IMG/VR virus record: IMGVR_UViG_3300046616_000314
Span: 434,001 to 498,000 of that record
DNA: 64,000 nucleotides
Strand: one strand, 5' to 3'
In this document: piece by piece, positions 40,592-50,272 of the stretch
Position numbering within the stretch: position 1 is the first letter of the stretch
How the letters are laid out: each line of letters starts with the position of its first letter
Position numbers and translations under genes: made by a program
The notes under the pieces: generated by a model
What the model was told of the DNA's origin: nothing
Databases searched by the model: none
The model's input: the letters and a program-made list of their open reading frames with translations, nothing else

Positions 40592-41080
40592 ATGATTGGT
40601 TTCATCATCGGCGGCGTGTTCTTTAGCATTCTGTTTTTTGTGTTCCGCAAGGCGATCTTCTGGTTTCTGATCATCACAGTTGTCCTCACGGCAATCGCCA
40701 TGATGTTCAACTCGACGCTCGGCGGCGCCCAGAAAAATCAACCTCTCGATAAAGTTATTTCGACGCTGCACCCCACGGAACACACGGATAAATCCCTGTC
40801 GGCTATCCTTACGGTCACGAATAACTCGAATTATTCGGTCAAGACGATTAACGTTCGCTGCACAGGCACGACCTTCGGCGGTGAAAATGTCTCGGAAATC
40901 ATGCTTCTTCCTATCTCGTTCGAAGTGGCTCCGCACGAAATCAAGAGCACGACTTTGAGCGGTGCTATCTTGACGAGCCAAAGCGTGTGCGAGACTACGG
41001 CGTTTGCAAGCTGGAATCGCAACAAGAAAGACGCTGGTAGTTATATCGATGATATGACTGCATGGATGAATGCACACTAA
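40592..41080 (+). CDS. Hypothetical membrane protein
   Basis: Two N-terminal TM segments and a beta-rich domain; promoter-like TTGACA at 40533. Confidence 0.7.
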   Translation: MIGFIIGGVFFSILFFVFRKAIFWFLIITVVLTAIAMMFNSTLGGAQKNQPLDKVISTLHPTEHTDKSLSAILTVTNNSNYSVKTINVRCTGTTFGGENVSEIMLLPISFEVAPHEIKSTTLSGAILTSQSVCETTAFASWNRNKKDAGSYIDDMTAWMNAH

Positions 41081-41084
41081 GAGT

Positions 41085-41780
41085 CATAAGGGAGGCTTAG
41101 CCTCCCAATGAGACTGGACAAACGCTAACGCGCCTATCCAGTCTCTATCTCTTAATGAGTAATATTTCTTTTTATATCATGCACAGGAAGTAATTCACTT
41201 TCTCTCCCCCTTGAAAACAATACACCTGTAGAAAGGTATAATGCTCCAAGGGGAAGAAATAAGATGATGCACTCTCGCTCATCGCTCAATAAGCGGCTAA
41301 CCCACTTTACGTAGGTAGATGGCGGTTTCCCTGTACCATCATGTTGCCGCCCAATCTCGATATTCTAACTCACCCTATCTAAGGGGCTTTGGGGCTGTTG
41401 CTGGTGTGCGTCGATACGCCTTTTTCACCAACAGACCTTGTGCTCTGGTAGTTATTTTATAATCAAACGGTTATGAAATGTAATTTCACTCTTATACGCC
41501 GCGCTATTGAGGGACGGGCGTATACGGATAGTTGCCAAACTGTTGAAGGCATAGCTATCCTCTTTATTAAGTGCCTTTTTGCGAAAACTCTGTTCGCTGA
41601 GCAGCCGTCAATACATCACCCCTGCTATGGTGTGTAGAATCCGTCTCATTCGGTCGCGTTCCTATCGGGCTCGGTCTATACTTCCCGGCTGGATGGTTGG
41701 GTCGGAGTGAAACCCTTTTAACTCCTACGCGAATTATGGCTAGACAACAGAACCAAATGGTTCTATAAATTTCTAGAGTC
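41085..41780 (-). ncRNA. Candidate large structured non-coding RNA (~700 nt), family unknown
   Basis: No ORF of 60 aa or more lies within it; at least ten stem-loops; wobble pairs resolve as G-U on the minus strand; upstream TTGACA-N18-TATTAA. Confidence 0.65.
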
Positions 41781-41813
41781 CTTTAATAGAATCCTTTGGG
41801 GTATCCTGTCAAT

Positions 41814-42185
41814 ATGAATCGTGTAATTCTCGGTAAATTCGAACAAGGACGCCAAGCTAAGTGGATTTGTACTGCTGATATGGCAGGAATGCCGAAAAAT
41901 AGGCTCGAATATTTTTGCGATCTGATGTTCTTGTACGACGACGATCCCGATCAAGTCGCGATCCGAGGCGGCGTTTTCTTCCGGGTCATCAAGAATCGGA
42001 ACAGTGATCCCGAAACGGCTGCGGTGTTTGAGAAGTTCTCCCGCGCGTTTCCCACCATGCCGGTATATTACCTAGGATCATCGATAGGCACTGATCCCAA
42101 AGATTTCACGAAAAATTTGATGCCCTCGTTCCTCATCACCACCGATGAGCAACGGACCTATTTCAAACTGCTGTTTGGAGTTTAA
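41814..42185 (+). CDS. Small hypothetical protein (FxDxxDAxxFKL family)
   Basis: C-terminal LITTDEQRTYFKLLFGV; probable ATG at 41814. Confidence 0.7.
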   Translation: MNRVILGKFEQGRQAKWICTADMAGMPKNRLEYFCDLMFLYDDDPDQVAIRGGVFFRVIKNRNSDPETAAVFEKFSRAFPTMPVYYLGSSIGTDPKDFTKNLMPSFLITTDEQRTYFKLLFGV

Positions 42186-42229
42186 ACCATAGATAAATAG
42201 TATTAACGCCTAATATAAAGGAAAATACT

Positions 42230-42412
42230 ATGGCTAAGGTTGTTGAAGAAGTATACGTAGTTCGTTTGAGCAAGCTTGTTAAGGGCGACAGTGTTGACGC
42301 ACTTTCCCCGAAGGGCTTCGTTGATAATGTCGAAGCGATTCTAGGCGAACTCGTTGGGGACGCGGGCGTTATTGTCGAAGTTGAGGTACTGGATTCCGGC
42401 GATAGCGAATGA
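42230..42412 (+). CDS. Small conserved phage protein
   Basis: MAKVVEEVYVVRLSKLVK; AAGGA RBS and TAAATA upstream. Confidence 0.7.
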   Translation: MAKVVEEVYVVRLSKLVKGDSVDALSPKGFVDNVEAILGELVGDAGVIVEVEVLDSGDSE

Positions 42413-42880
42413 TCTGACATACTGACGTTCGATATCTTCGACCATCAATTTGAAATTGATAGCGGCTTCGCCAGGGATATCGGACTTCAGTTTGTTAAAA
42501 TAATCGCCAATGAGGGATTGCCAGACCTGACGAATGCTGTTCGCTAGGTCTGCCTCTGACTTGGAATCTTCAATCTCGGCGTGCGACGACGGCAACTTAA
42601 GATGCTCGATCACCTTTTCACGGGTGCGAGTATCCACCAGTTTCCATAGATGACTCAGAAGATCAGTTTCCGTGTAGAATTTCGGCGGGTCTTCTTTAGA
42701 CAGGCGCCGTGTCAAAAAAATACAGAACATGCGATACGGGATCGGAATGCCTCTCATAAAGATGAGCGTTTCGATCTCGCCGCTTTCGCATACGAGGGTA
42801 TCGACTACCAAACCCTTATCGCGCACGATGCTACCGATCATGCCATTTTCGAGCATTTCTGAAGTCAGTTCGGTAATCAT
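42341..42880 (-). CDS. Hypothetical protein
   Basis: ATGA-coupled to the nucleotidyltransferase gene. Confidence 0.6.
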   Translation of the reverse strand: MITELTSEMLENGMIGSIVRDKGLVVDTLVCESGEIETLIFMRGIPIPYRMFCIFLTRRLSKEDPPKFYTETDLLSHLWKLVDTRTREKVIEHLKLPSSHAEIEDSKSEADLANSIRQVWQSLIGDYFNKLKSDIPGEAAINFKLMVEDIERQYVRSFAIAGIQYLNFDNNARVPNEFA

Positions 42881-43500
42881 CCGTAATCTTCTTCTTTACC
42901 GCACGTAAGATCGTCTTCAAACATAGTCCCGAAGGCGGGATCATTGATATTCATGATCTGAGCCAACATCCCCGGCGTGGGTGTAAAACCATAGCTGCAA
43001 TATTTTCCCAAACGCTTAGGCTTAGGCTTCGAATATTTCAATTTCGAAGTCAGCAACTTATTCTTCAAATGCGGCAAGCACTCGGGATCATAAAGAATTT
43101 CTTCCCCATCCGTGACGAATTTGGTCACGCTGAAGTCGTATCGATACAGAATCTCTTCCGCCGATTTCGGGAAATGCTTGCAATGGAGTTGAACGTTGAA
43201 GGGTTCACGCCCACCGACTGCGGTTGTCGTGCCATTCGTGCCGCCAGGAAACGGATATAAGTTCGGTGCGAACTGGCGCAAAAATTCCGCGCCCCAATTA
43301 TACATTTCAAGCGACGGAAAATAGACATCAATGTCCCCGCCGCTCTCGCATTCTGAGTTTTGAAAGACACGACGCGCAGCCCCACCGGCAATCCACGGAC
43401 CATTGTCCATGGTGAGGTACGGGAAAAACAACCGGATAGCCTTTAGGTGCTTCCGATCATGAAATTCCGGGTCAATCGCGGCGCGGATAAAATTCGTCAT
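42877..43500 (-). CDS. Nucleotidyltransferase (CCA-adding/poly(A) polymerase head-like)
   Basis: WIAGGAARR...GDIDVYF...YDFSV matches the class II NTase GG-x-R, DxD, RDF-like layout. Confidence 0.75.
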   Translation of the reverse strand: MTNFIRAAIDPEFHDRKHLKAIRLFFPYLTMDNGPWIAGGAARRVFQNSECESGGDIDVYFPSLEMYNWGAEFLRQFAPNLYPFPGGTNGTTTAVGGREPFNVQLHCKHFPKSAEEILYRYDFSVTKFVTDGEEILYDPECLPHLKNKLLTSKLKYSKPKPKRLGKYCSYGFTPTPGMLAQIMNINDPAFGTMFEDDLTCGKEEDYG

Positions 43501-43544
43501 TTTCTTCAATTACGGAATTATCGCAGGGGTGTCAAGCATTTCGG

Positions 43545-43552
43545 TATAAATA
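43545..43552 (+). promoter_or_regulatory. T4-type late promoter TATAAATA (representative of about 18 TAAATA sites upstream of genes)
   Basis: TAAATA lies upstream of the starts at 3056, 8048, 14738, 16600, 23122, 30375, 31668, 32827, 40518, 42230, 43577, 44037, 50273, 53211, 56977, 59155 and 62839. Confidence 0.8.
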
Positions 43553-43576
43553 TCCCTAATAATACGGAGAGAATTC

Positions 43577-43978
43577 ATGAGCTACCGGAGTTTAGTATTG
43601 ATGAGTAGTCCTCCGATGGTACCGTTCTATATCAGCGATCCTATCAAAGTAGATCGCATGTGGTACACAAGTGCGGACCATTTGCACACCATTGCTATTG
43701 CTACATCTTGCTTCACCGGTCGTCTAACTATTCAAGCTTCTCTGTCGAATGATCCGGGTGAAGGTGATTGGTTCTCGGTTTTGCTCAATGGACAACCCTT
43801 CATTGATTATCCGAGAATGTCATTTTCGGGAGAAACTTCTACAATATTTTTTAATTTCAAAGGGCGTTTCACGTTCTTGCGAGTCAAAATTGATAAGACC
43901 CGGCTCCTACCGATGAATGCTCCTGAAGAAGTAGTAGCTAAGTATGGCGCGGTAGACCGAATTCTTATTAATATCTAA
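43577..43978 (+). CDS. Small beta-rich virion-type protein
   Basis: HTIAI...FTGRLTIQASL...DWF...NFKGRFTFLRV; full TATAAATA upstream. Confidence 0.7.
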   Translation: MSYRSLVLMSSPPMVPFYISDPIKVDRMWYTSADHLHTIAIATSCFTGRLTIQASLSNDPGEGDWFSVLLNGQPFIDYPRMSFSGETSTIFFNFKGRFTFLRVKIDKTRLLPMNAPEEVVAKYGAVDRILINI

Positions 43979-44036
43979 AGAATACCGCTCTGGGTTTTGA
44001 CTAAATATCAAGGCGTACCACCCGGAGTGTAAACCC

Positions 44037-45938
44037 ATGCCATCAGTTGATAATAGTCGTATCAGTACACCTACGGGTGAAATCGATTACGCAGAAGATG
44101 ACGCAACCGCAAATGCGTCTACCACGTCCTCTTCTTCGCTAAATTCCTCTTCCACAACAAATCCTGATCAAACTATTTCTGGTTTGAACATCGGTGGTGG
44201 CTACGGTGTGTTCGCCGGAACCAACGGTCAATATGATGTTGTCATGGAATTCAAAACGCTGATTCCTGGCGTTGGTATTGAATTGATCCAAGATGCTTCA
44301 ACCATCACTATCAAAAATGTTGGTCAAAGCTCGGGTAACGGCACGATCATCGGTGACGGTTTTGACATCGATCTAGGTGATTCGAACACGGTCGTTTGGT
44401 CCGGTGGCGCCTTGCCATTTACAAATACGACGGTTGTTTCTGAAGCCATTGACGATCTCAATAAGCTTCTTGCCCTTCTGGTCCCTTCTGCCCCGCCTGC
44501 ATTCCCTAACGCAAATGCGCTGGTCATCACCAACACAACGGGTTCGACTCCGTACCTGTGTTCGGGTGTAACAAACAACTCGGGCACAACCGCTCCCACC
44601 GCTGGTACCGCGATCAACCGCATTACTACAACGGGCGCAACTTCCAACGTTTTCAATGACATGGGTCCTGGCAATTCGGGAACCATTCAATTGCGTGTCA
44701 ATGGCGCGGTCGCCAACTCGCATGTCATGACTGGTACAGGCGACAATGGCAACTACGGCGGTCTGTTGATTGCTGACCAAAAAGATTTCCCGGTTGCGAC
44801 CCCTGGTTTCTATAAATCAGTTGATGTCTCGGCTCTGCTGGCTGCTGCACCATTCGGTCTGAATCGTATTAGCTTAAACCATACTGGTGCTGGTGCAACT
44901 GCGGACGTGTTCTTTGTCCGCGATGCAATGACTAGCATGGCTTCGCTGAATTCTTCTACAGTTACCGAAGCTGCACTTGGTACTGTTGCGTACTCTTCAA
45001 GTGTTCCGCACTACAATACCGGTGCATCATTGACTGTTGGTACAACCGCTACGAACATTTCGGGCGATACATACTACGGTGGCACTGATCCTCTGGTTAT
45101 TTCTTCTCCGGTTATCGCTTCTCAATCGTTTGCTTATGGGACATTGGGTATCACGACACCGATTACTAAAGATTTGACTACTGCGACTATCAGCCCCGTA
45201 ACTGTCAACATCGACGGCACTGGTCACACTTCGGGTGTGATCCAGGGTTCGTTCAAGAACGTCAACGGCGCAAGCACACTGACGACACTATCACCGACCA
45301 CTGTCTTGATTAAGCGTGGCTCTGCTGGTTCGCGCATTGACGAAATGAGCGTCCCCGTTTCGGGTCTGGGTTCATCTCCGAACACCAACAACGCACTTCG
45401 CGTGGGTCAAGCCGCTGGTGACACACCGGCTGGCTCTCCTGCGGCTTGGGTTTCGTCAGCTTCGATTGCTACGCATGAAGCCGCCGTGGTCGCTGGTATT
45501 CTGAAGCATGACCAAACAAATTATAGTGTAAATTATTTGCCAGTTGGACCGGACCTGTCTTCAGGTCGTTCCGGTGCTCAATATGTCACGTTCTCGTTCA
45601 ATCGTGCAACCGTGTCTACCTTCAAGATCGCCATCACTGGAAATTATGCTGGCTGCTGGATCAAGCTTCCGGGTGTTTCGGATAACAACTCTATTTCACC
45701 GAATGCCGCGAACGGCTGGTGGAATATGTCTCAATCGTACATCGGCGCGGGCGTCCCCGGCGGTCCTGGCGACACAAACGCGGGTTGCGCGGTTGGTTCG
45801 GTCATGACCGGTTCGACGGGAACATATACCGTCACATTCGGTACACAAACTTCAACAAATGCAACGGGTAATCAGATTTTGGTTCGTATTCGCTTGAATG
45901 CTGGACAAACAATTTCGGCACTCGCGTTCACGAACTAA
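44037..45938 (+). CDS. Large virion fibre/appendage protein (module B)
   Basis: G/S/T/N-rich; about 520 C-terminal residues are paralogous to 61013-62839. Confidence 0.8.
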   Translation: MPSVDNSRISTPTGEIDYAEDDATANASTTSSSSLNSSSTTNPDQTISGLNIGGGYGVFAGTNGQYDVVMEFKTLIPGVGIELIQDASTITIKNVGQSSGNGTIIGDGFDIDLGDSNTVVWSGGALPFTNTTVVSEAIDDLNKLLALLVPSAPPAFPNANALVITNTTGSTPYLCSGVTNNSGTTAPTAGTAINRITTTGATSNVFNDMGPGNSGTIQLRVNGAVANSHVMTGTGDNGNYGGLLIADQKDFPVATPGFYKSVDVSALLAAAPFGLNRISLNHTGAGATADVFFVRDAMTSMASLNSSTVTEAALGTVAYSSSVPHYNTGASLTVGTTATNISGDTYYGGTDPLVISSPVIASQSFAYGTLGITTPITKDLTTATISPVTVNIDGTGHTSGVIQGSFKNVNGASTLTTLSPTTVLIKRGSAGSRIDEMSVPVSGLGSSPNTNNALRVGQAAGDTPAGSPAAWVSSASIATHEAAVVAGILKHDQTNYSVNYLPVGPDLSSGRSGAQYVTFSFNRATVSTFKIAITGNYAGCWIKLPGVSDNNSISPNAANGWWNMSQSYIGAGVPGGPGDTNAGCAVGSVMTGSTGTYTVTFGTQTSTNATGNQILVRIRLNAGQTISALAFTN

Positions 45939-45950
45939 GGGATTTGAAAG

Positions 45951-48182
45951 ATGGCTATTAGCGATTCAGAAAAGTTAGATACGCTCTGGAAAAAGATTAC
46001 GTACGGCAAATCCAAGACGGGTTCGGCAACAGCTAAGACAGGTTCGAACGAAGCGATTTCTTCGCCGTTGCCTGTTGTTCCCGATAACATTTGGGCACAA
46101 GCAAACGCAACAACCATTCCGTTGACCCCGCCGGTCTCCACCACGGGCTTTGTAAAGCGTTGGGTTGGTGTTGATCGCATTCGTATGACGAATGACGTTA
46201 CATCGTCGCCGAACCAAACTTGGCTGGCTACCCTAACCTACAACAGCGCGATCACCCGCCTGCGGGATTTCATTACGCCTGAATTTGGTCCGCAATATAT
46301 TGCTGCGGTCTACATTGGTGATCCGAATGGCGGTCCTGCTGCGCGTTTGTTCCCCGATACGACCAACGAAGAATGGGTTTTTGACTATTCGGCTGGCGTT
46401 CTGATTTTCTTGAACAACATCCCCGGATCGAAGACGGCTACCGTTGGCTCGGGCTCGGTTTCTATTGGTTCTAACGGAATCTATATTGAACTGTATCAAT
46501 ACATTGGTACAAAGGGTCTGGGTTCGGGCTCTGGTGGCGGCGGAAGCGGCGACTTCGTTGAACGAACTGGCGACACCATGTCGGGTACTCTGTCGTTTGG
46601 TGATTATGCCCCGAACGATGGTCAAACTCTTCTAATTCAAGAAGACGGCAACCTGCGCTCTGGTATGGGCGTCTCGGGTAGCGAAGTTCGTGTATTTGCT
46701 TCGCAAAACTCGACGCTATCCTTTGGACACGTTTCGTCCACCGATGGAATTGCTTATACCGAACGTGCGCGTTTTGATGAAAATGGTATGTTCACCGTTA
46801 CTGGTGCTGATGATGGTTATATCAGCACTGATGCTGGTAAGAGCCTAATTCTGGGTCATATTGACCAAGGTGTATTTGTTGAACGAGTTAAGATCAATGC
46901 CAACGGTGTTCTGACACGCGCTGGATACATGGTCTATGACACCAACAATTTCTCTCTGCAAAATACTACAGTAATTCCAGGCACTTACACTAGTGCAAAC
47001 ATTATCGTTGATGAGAAGGGTCGTATTCTTCAAGCGTCGAATGGTACGGGCTCTGGCGGCGGTGGTGGTGGAACCGTAACTAGCGTTGCTATCGCCAACG
47101 GCTCGGCTGCATTGTCCGTTTCGGGCGGTCCAATTACACTCGCGGGCACGATTACTGTTGATCTTACAAATACTGGTGTTACGGCTGGTCATTATACGAA
47201 CGCCGATGTTACGGTTGACCGTCAAGGACGTGTCACGGCTATTACCAATGGTACAGCAAGCGTCGGCGGTAATGGTACGGTTACGAGCGTTGGTTTATCG
47301 GGCTCGCCGGATGTATTGGTCTCGGGTGCTTCTCCGATCACAACTAGCGGCGCATTCGCTCTCAGTTTGTCCAACACGGGTGTTGCGCAAGGTACCTATA
47401 CCAAGCTCACCGTTGACACTAAAGGGCGTGTAACGGGTGCTGGAACGCTTGCAAACACCGACGTTACCGTGGCTCTGGGTTATAGCCCACTACGCATCAA
47501 CGAAACGATTACTCTATCTGGTGCAATCACTGGTTCGGGCGCAAATGCCATCGTCACTACACTGACAAACACCGTTGTCATCCCTGGTAGCTACACCAAT
47601 GCCAACATTACTGTTGGTCCCGATGGTCGTCTTACATCCGCATCGAACGGAACTGGTGGCGGTGGTGGTGGAGCCGTGGCTGTCAGCAAGAACGGTACGC
47701 AAGTTCTGGCGTCGGCTGCTAATCTGAACTTCACTGGTAACGGCGTTACCGTGACGGATGGTGGCTCGGGTACTGCAACAATCAATATTCCTGATTATCT
47801 GGAATATGTGCATTTCCAATATACAAGCGGTGGTTCGGGTACATTCTCTCAAGCGGATTGCGTTATCGCCAACTCTGCTGGTGTAGCTGTTTCATTCGTT
47901 GATACCCTCAACAGTATTGTTAAGTTTACATTTACTGGTCGTCCTTTCCCGCCCGCCTCGGTTGCTATCATGGGTCAATCTTATACTACTAACGAATTCC
48001 TGCACAAAAACTTGGGCGCGGAAATCGGAACACGTAAGATGCCCGGCGGCGGAACTGCTGCTGTCCCAACGGTCTTCGGTAATTTCACAGAAATGACTAT
48101 TCAGCTTCGTCAACAAGACACCGGGGCTTCTGGCGCCGCGCTTGGTCAACGTGCTCATGGTGCCATTATCTTTAAATTCTAA
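45951..48182 (+). CDS. Fibre protein (module C plus TxVxxGxYTxxxxxVDxxGR repeats)
   Basis: Four phage fibre repeats and poly-Gly hinges; N-terminus paralogous to 59912-60994. Confidence 0.8.
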   Translation: MAISDSEKLDTLWKKITYGKSKTGSATAKTGSNEAISSPLPVVPDNIWAQANATTIPLTPPVSTTGFVKRWVGVDRIRMTNDVTSSPNQTWLATLTYNSAITRLRDFITPEFGPQYIAAVYIGDPNGGPAARLFPDTTNEEWVFDYSAGVLIFLNNIPGSKTATVGSGSVSIGSNGIYIELYQYIGTKGLGSGSGGGGSGDFVERTGDTMSGTLSFGDYAPNDGQTLLIQEDGNLRSGMGVSGSEVRVFASQNSTLSFGHVSSTDGIAYTERARFDENGMFTVTGADDGYISTDAGKSLILGHIDQGVFVERVKINANGVLTRAGYMVYDTNNFSLQNTTVIPGTYTSANIIVDEKGRILQASNGTGSGGGGGGTVTSVAIANGSAALSVSGGPITLAGTITVDLTNTGVTAGHYTNADVTVDRQGRVTAITNGTASVGGNGTVTSVGLSGSPDVLVSGASPITTSGAFALSLSNTGVAQGTYTKLTVDTKGRVTGAGTLANTDVTVALGYSPLRINETITLSGAITGSGANAIVTTLTNTVVIPGSYTNANITVGPDGRLTSASNGTGGGGGGAVAVSKNGTQVLASAANLNFTGNGVTVTDGGSGTATINIPDYLEYVHFQYTSGGSGTFSQADCVIANSAGVAVSFVDTLNSIVKFTFTGRPFPPASVAIMGQSYTTNEFLHKNLGAEIGTRKMPGGGTAAVPTVFGNFTEMTIQLRQQDTGASGAALGQRAHGAIIFKF

Positions 48183-48191
48183 AGGATTACA

Positions 48192-50165
48192 ATGCGATAT
48201 ATTGATGTACCGGCAAAAGTAATTGAGTGCGTAGTATCATCCCAAACTGGTTTAGGGGCATGGCCCTATGACGATGGAACGGGTGATCCTTATTGGACAG
48301 GCGGATCAACACCGCGTGATTACCAATGGCGCATTACTATGTCGGTCACACCGCAAACGCATTCGAGTCCAAAGACACGTCAGCCTAAAATTTTTGATGG
48401 TATGGATATTTCCGTTGGTGATTATATCGCTGATCGCGAAGAAGGTGTTGCTCTAAAGATCATCAGTATTGACAGCAAGACTTCGACATCGGTTACGTGT
48501 GTTGTCGAAGATTTTCTTCGATACAACACTTATCGTTTCGTCGGTGGAACTGGCGTAGGTATTTTCAGTGTTCCAAACACATGCTTTGTGTTCTCGTTGA
48601 ATGAGCAATCGCTACCGGTTGTTGACCCGATTCCTTCTTCGGGAGCCGGATCGAATTTCTATGCAAATTTGATGTCGCGTTTCCAAAATATCGAAGAAAC
48701 AGAAAATTTTTTGCTGGATAAAGTAGCTCATGGATTTGTTGTCGATGATCTGATCTCGGCTGATCCGGCTACCAATTCGTTTGAAAAAACAGATTCGGCT
48801 CACCCGTATGTTGTTGGCTCGGTTTCGTACGTTGCTACGGGACCGGATCAATTCATGATCAATCCGATTCAAAAGATTAACAACTATCCCGATTTGATTG
48901 GTGATGTCGGTGATATAATTTACGCCGATCCAAACAATCCAGGGCAATACGCTTTGAATGGCGTTGTCCCAATCTTGATCAAACTGCGTAACAGCACACC
49001 TTCTCAATCGGTTGGACAAATCGCGGGAGGTACATCAGCTAGCGGGTCTATATTCAATGTAAACGAAGTTGCTTGTACTCTCGTGGGAACAACCGCTTTG
49101 GATTGTGCCAACGCGATCAATTTGACAACTAGCCAACATGGTATTGTTGCTTCGATGCAAGCGGCATCGTCATTTGCTCAAAGTGATGTTGGTCAGTGGG
49201 TTTATGGTGAGCCTGCGTTGATGACTCCGACTGCTGGACCATATGCTAATGCTACCATCAATGGCGTAAACGTTATTTTTTCTACAAATACAAATGGTCT
49301 GTCGCAATATAGTGCAGAATATTCGCTTGAAGAAGATATGGCTATCGATATCAATGCGGCAAACATTCCGAATATCGTGGCGACTACTGATAGTAACAAA
49401 CTGATTATTACGAACACTCAAGGTGGAAGCATCACCATCGTCAATGGCAATGCTGACATTTCTGGAAATTATTTCGCCGGTTCCATGTCTGGATCGGGTG
49501 TTCCTCTATTCACGGCTGCATCGAGCAATCAATATATTAAATTGGTTGCCCCGGATGCCCGCGCAATTAGTTTGTCGGATATCAGTGGCTCGGCTGTTTA
49601 TGATTTCGGTCTTGTTAGTGTTGAGAACGGCGTAAAGGCTGCTGGACTGTATATCGAACAAGGTATTCGTCAGGCTGCTACTTATGTTGTGCCTAACATC
49701 CCTGCCCGTGATGGTCTAACCGCCCTATTTGGCGACCAATGCTATGTTCAAGATGCCGGTAACGGTGAATGGGCATTCTATATCTACACTCTAGATAGCG
49801 AGTGGATTCAATTGGTCAACAAAGACGCCTCGGATACTGATGCTAAGACCATTGAAATCGAAGTCGATCATACAAGTGCTGTTAGTGGAGCCATCCACAC
49901 GATTTCTGATGGAAGCCGCGTGAGCTTTGTTACAGTTACCGTGACCGAAGCGTTTGATGATCCGGCTGCAACTATTACGGTTGGTGATACAGGAAATCAA
50001 TCTAGACTAATGTCAGATTACCAAAATGACATCACCGCGCTTGGTGATTACTCAACAACACCGTCATACGTGTATAATTTTGGGTCTGACACAACTGTAA
50101 GTTTTTATTTGGCGACCGGAAATTCTACCACAGGTCATGCCACGATTTCAATAACTTATAGCTAA
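48192..50165 (+). CDS. Virion structural protein (C-terminal module D)
   Basis: C-terminus paralogous to that of 59912-60994. Confidence 0.75.
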   Translation: MRYIDVPAKVIECVVSSQTGLGAWPYDDGTGDPYWTGGSTPRDYQWRITMSVTPQTHSSPKTRQPKIFDGMDISVGDYIADREEGVALKIISIDSKTSTSVTCVVEDFLRYNTYRFVGGTGVGIFSVPNTCFVFSLNEQSLPVVDPIPSSGAGSNFYANLMSRFQNIEETENFLLDKVAHGFVVDDLISADPATNSFEKTDSAHPYVVGSVSYVATGPDQFMINPIQKINNYPDLIGDVGDIIYADPNNPGQYALNGVVPILIKLRNSTPSQSVGQIAGGTSASGSIFNVNEVACTLVGTTALDCANAINLTTSQHGIVASMQAASSFAQSDVGQWVYGEPALMTPTAGPYANATINGVNVIFSTNTNGLSQYSAEYSLEEDMAIDINAANIPNIVATTDSNKLIITNTQGGSITIVNGNADISGNYFAGSMSGSGVPLFTAASSNQYIKLVAPDARAISLSDISGSAVYDFGLVSVENGVKAAGLYIEQGIRQAATYVVPNIPARDGLTALFGDQCYVQDAGNGEWAFYIYTLDSEWIQLVNKDASDTDAKTIEIEVDHTSAVSGAIHTISDGSRVSFVTVTVTEAFDDPAATITVGDTGNQSRLMSDYQNDITALGDYSTTPSYVYNFGSDTTVSFYLATGNSTTGHATISITYS

Positions 50166-50272
50166 ATTATCGATATCTCCGACTAAATATAGTTACCTGA
50201 CGCGGCAGAGTCTCGACTTGATATTTTGCTGTGAATATTCATCAAACGGGTACTTTTTTCTAGGAGAAATAC

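Noticed and set aside
41085-41780. Identity as tmRNA, RNase P RNA or a group I/II intron
   Set aside because: No T-loop or CCA end, no GAGGAAAGUCC, no interrupted host gene and no recognisable catalytic core by eye; a covariance-model search is still needed
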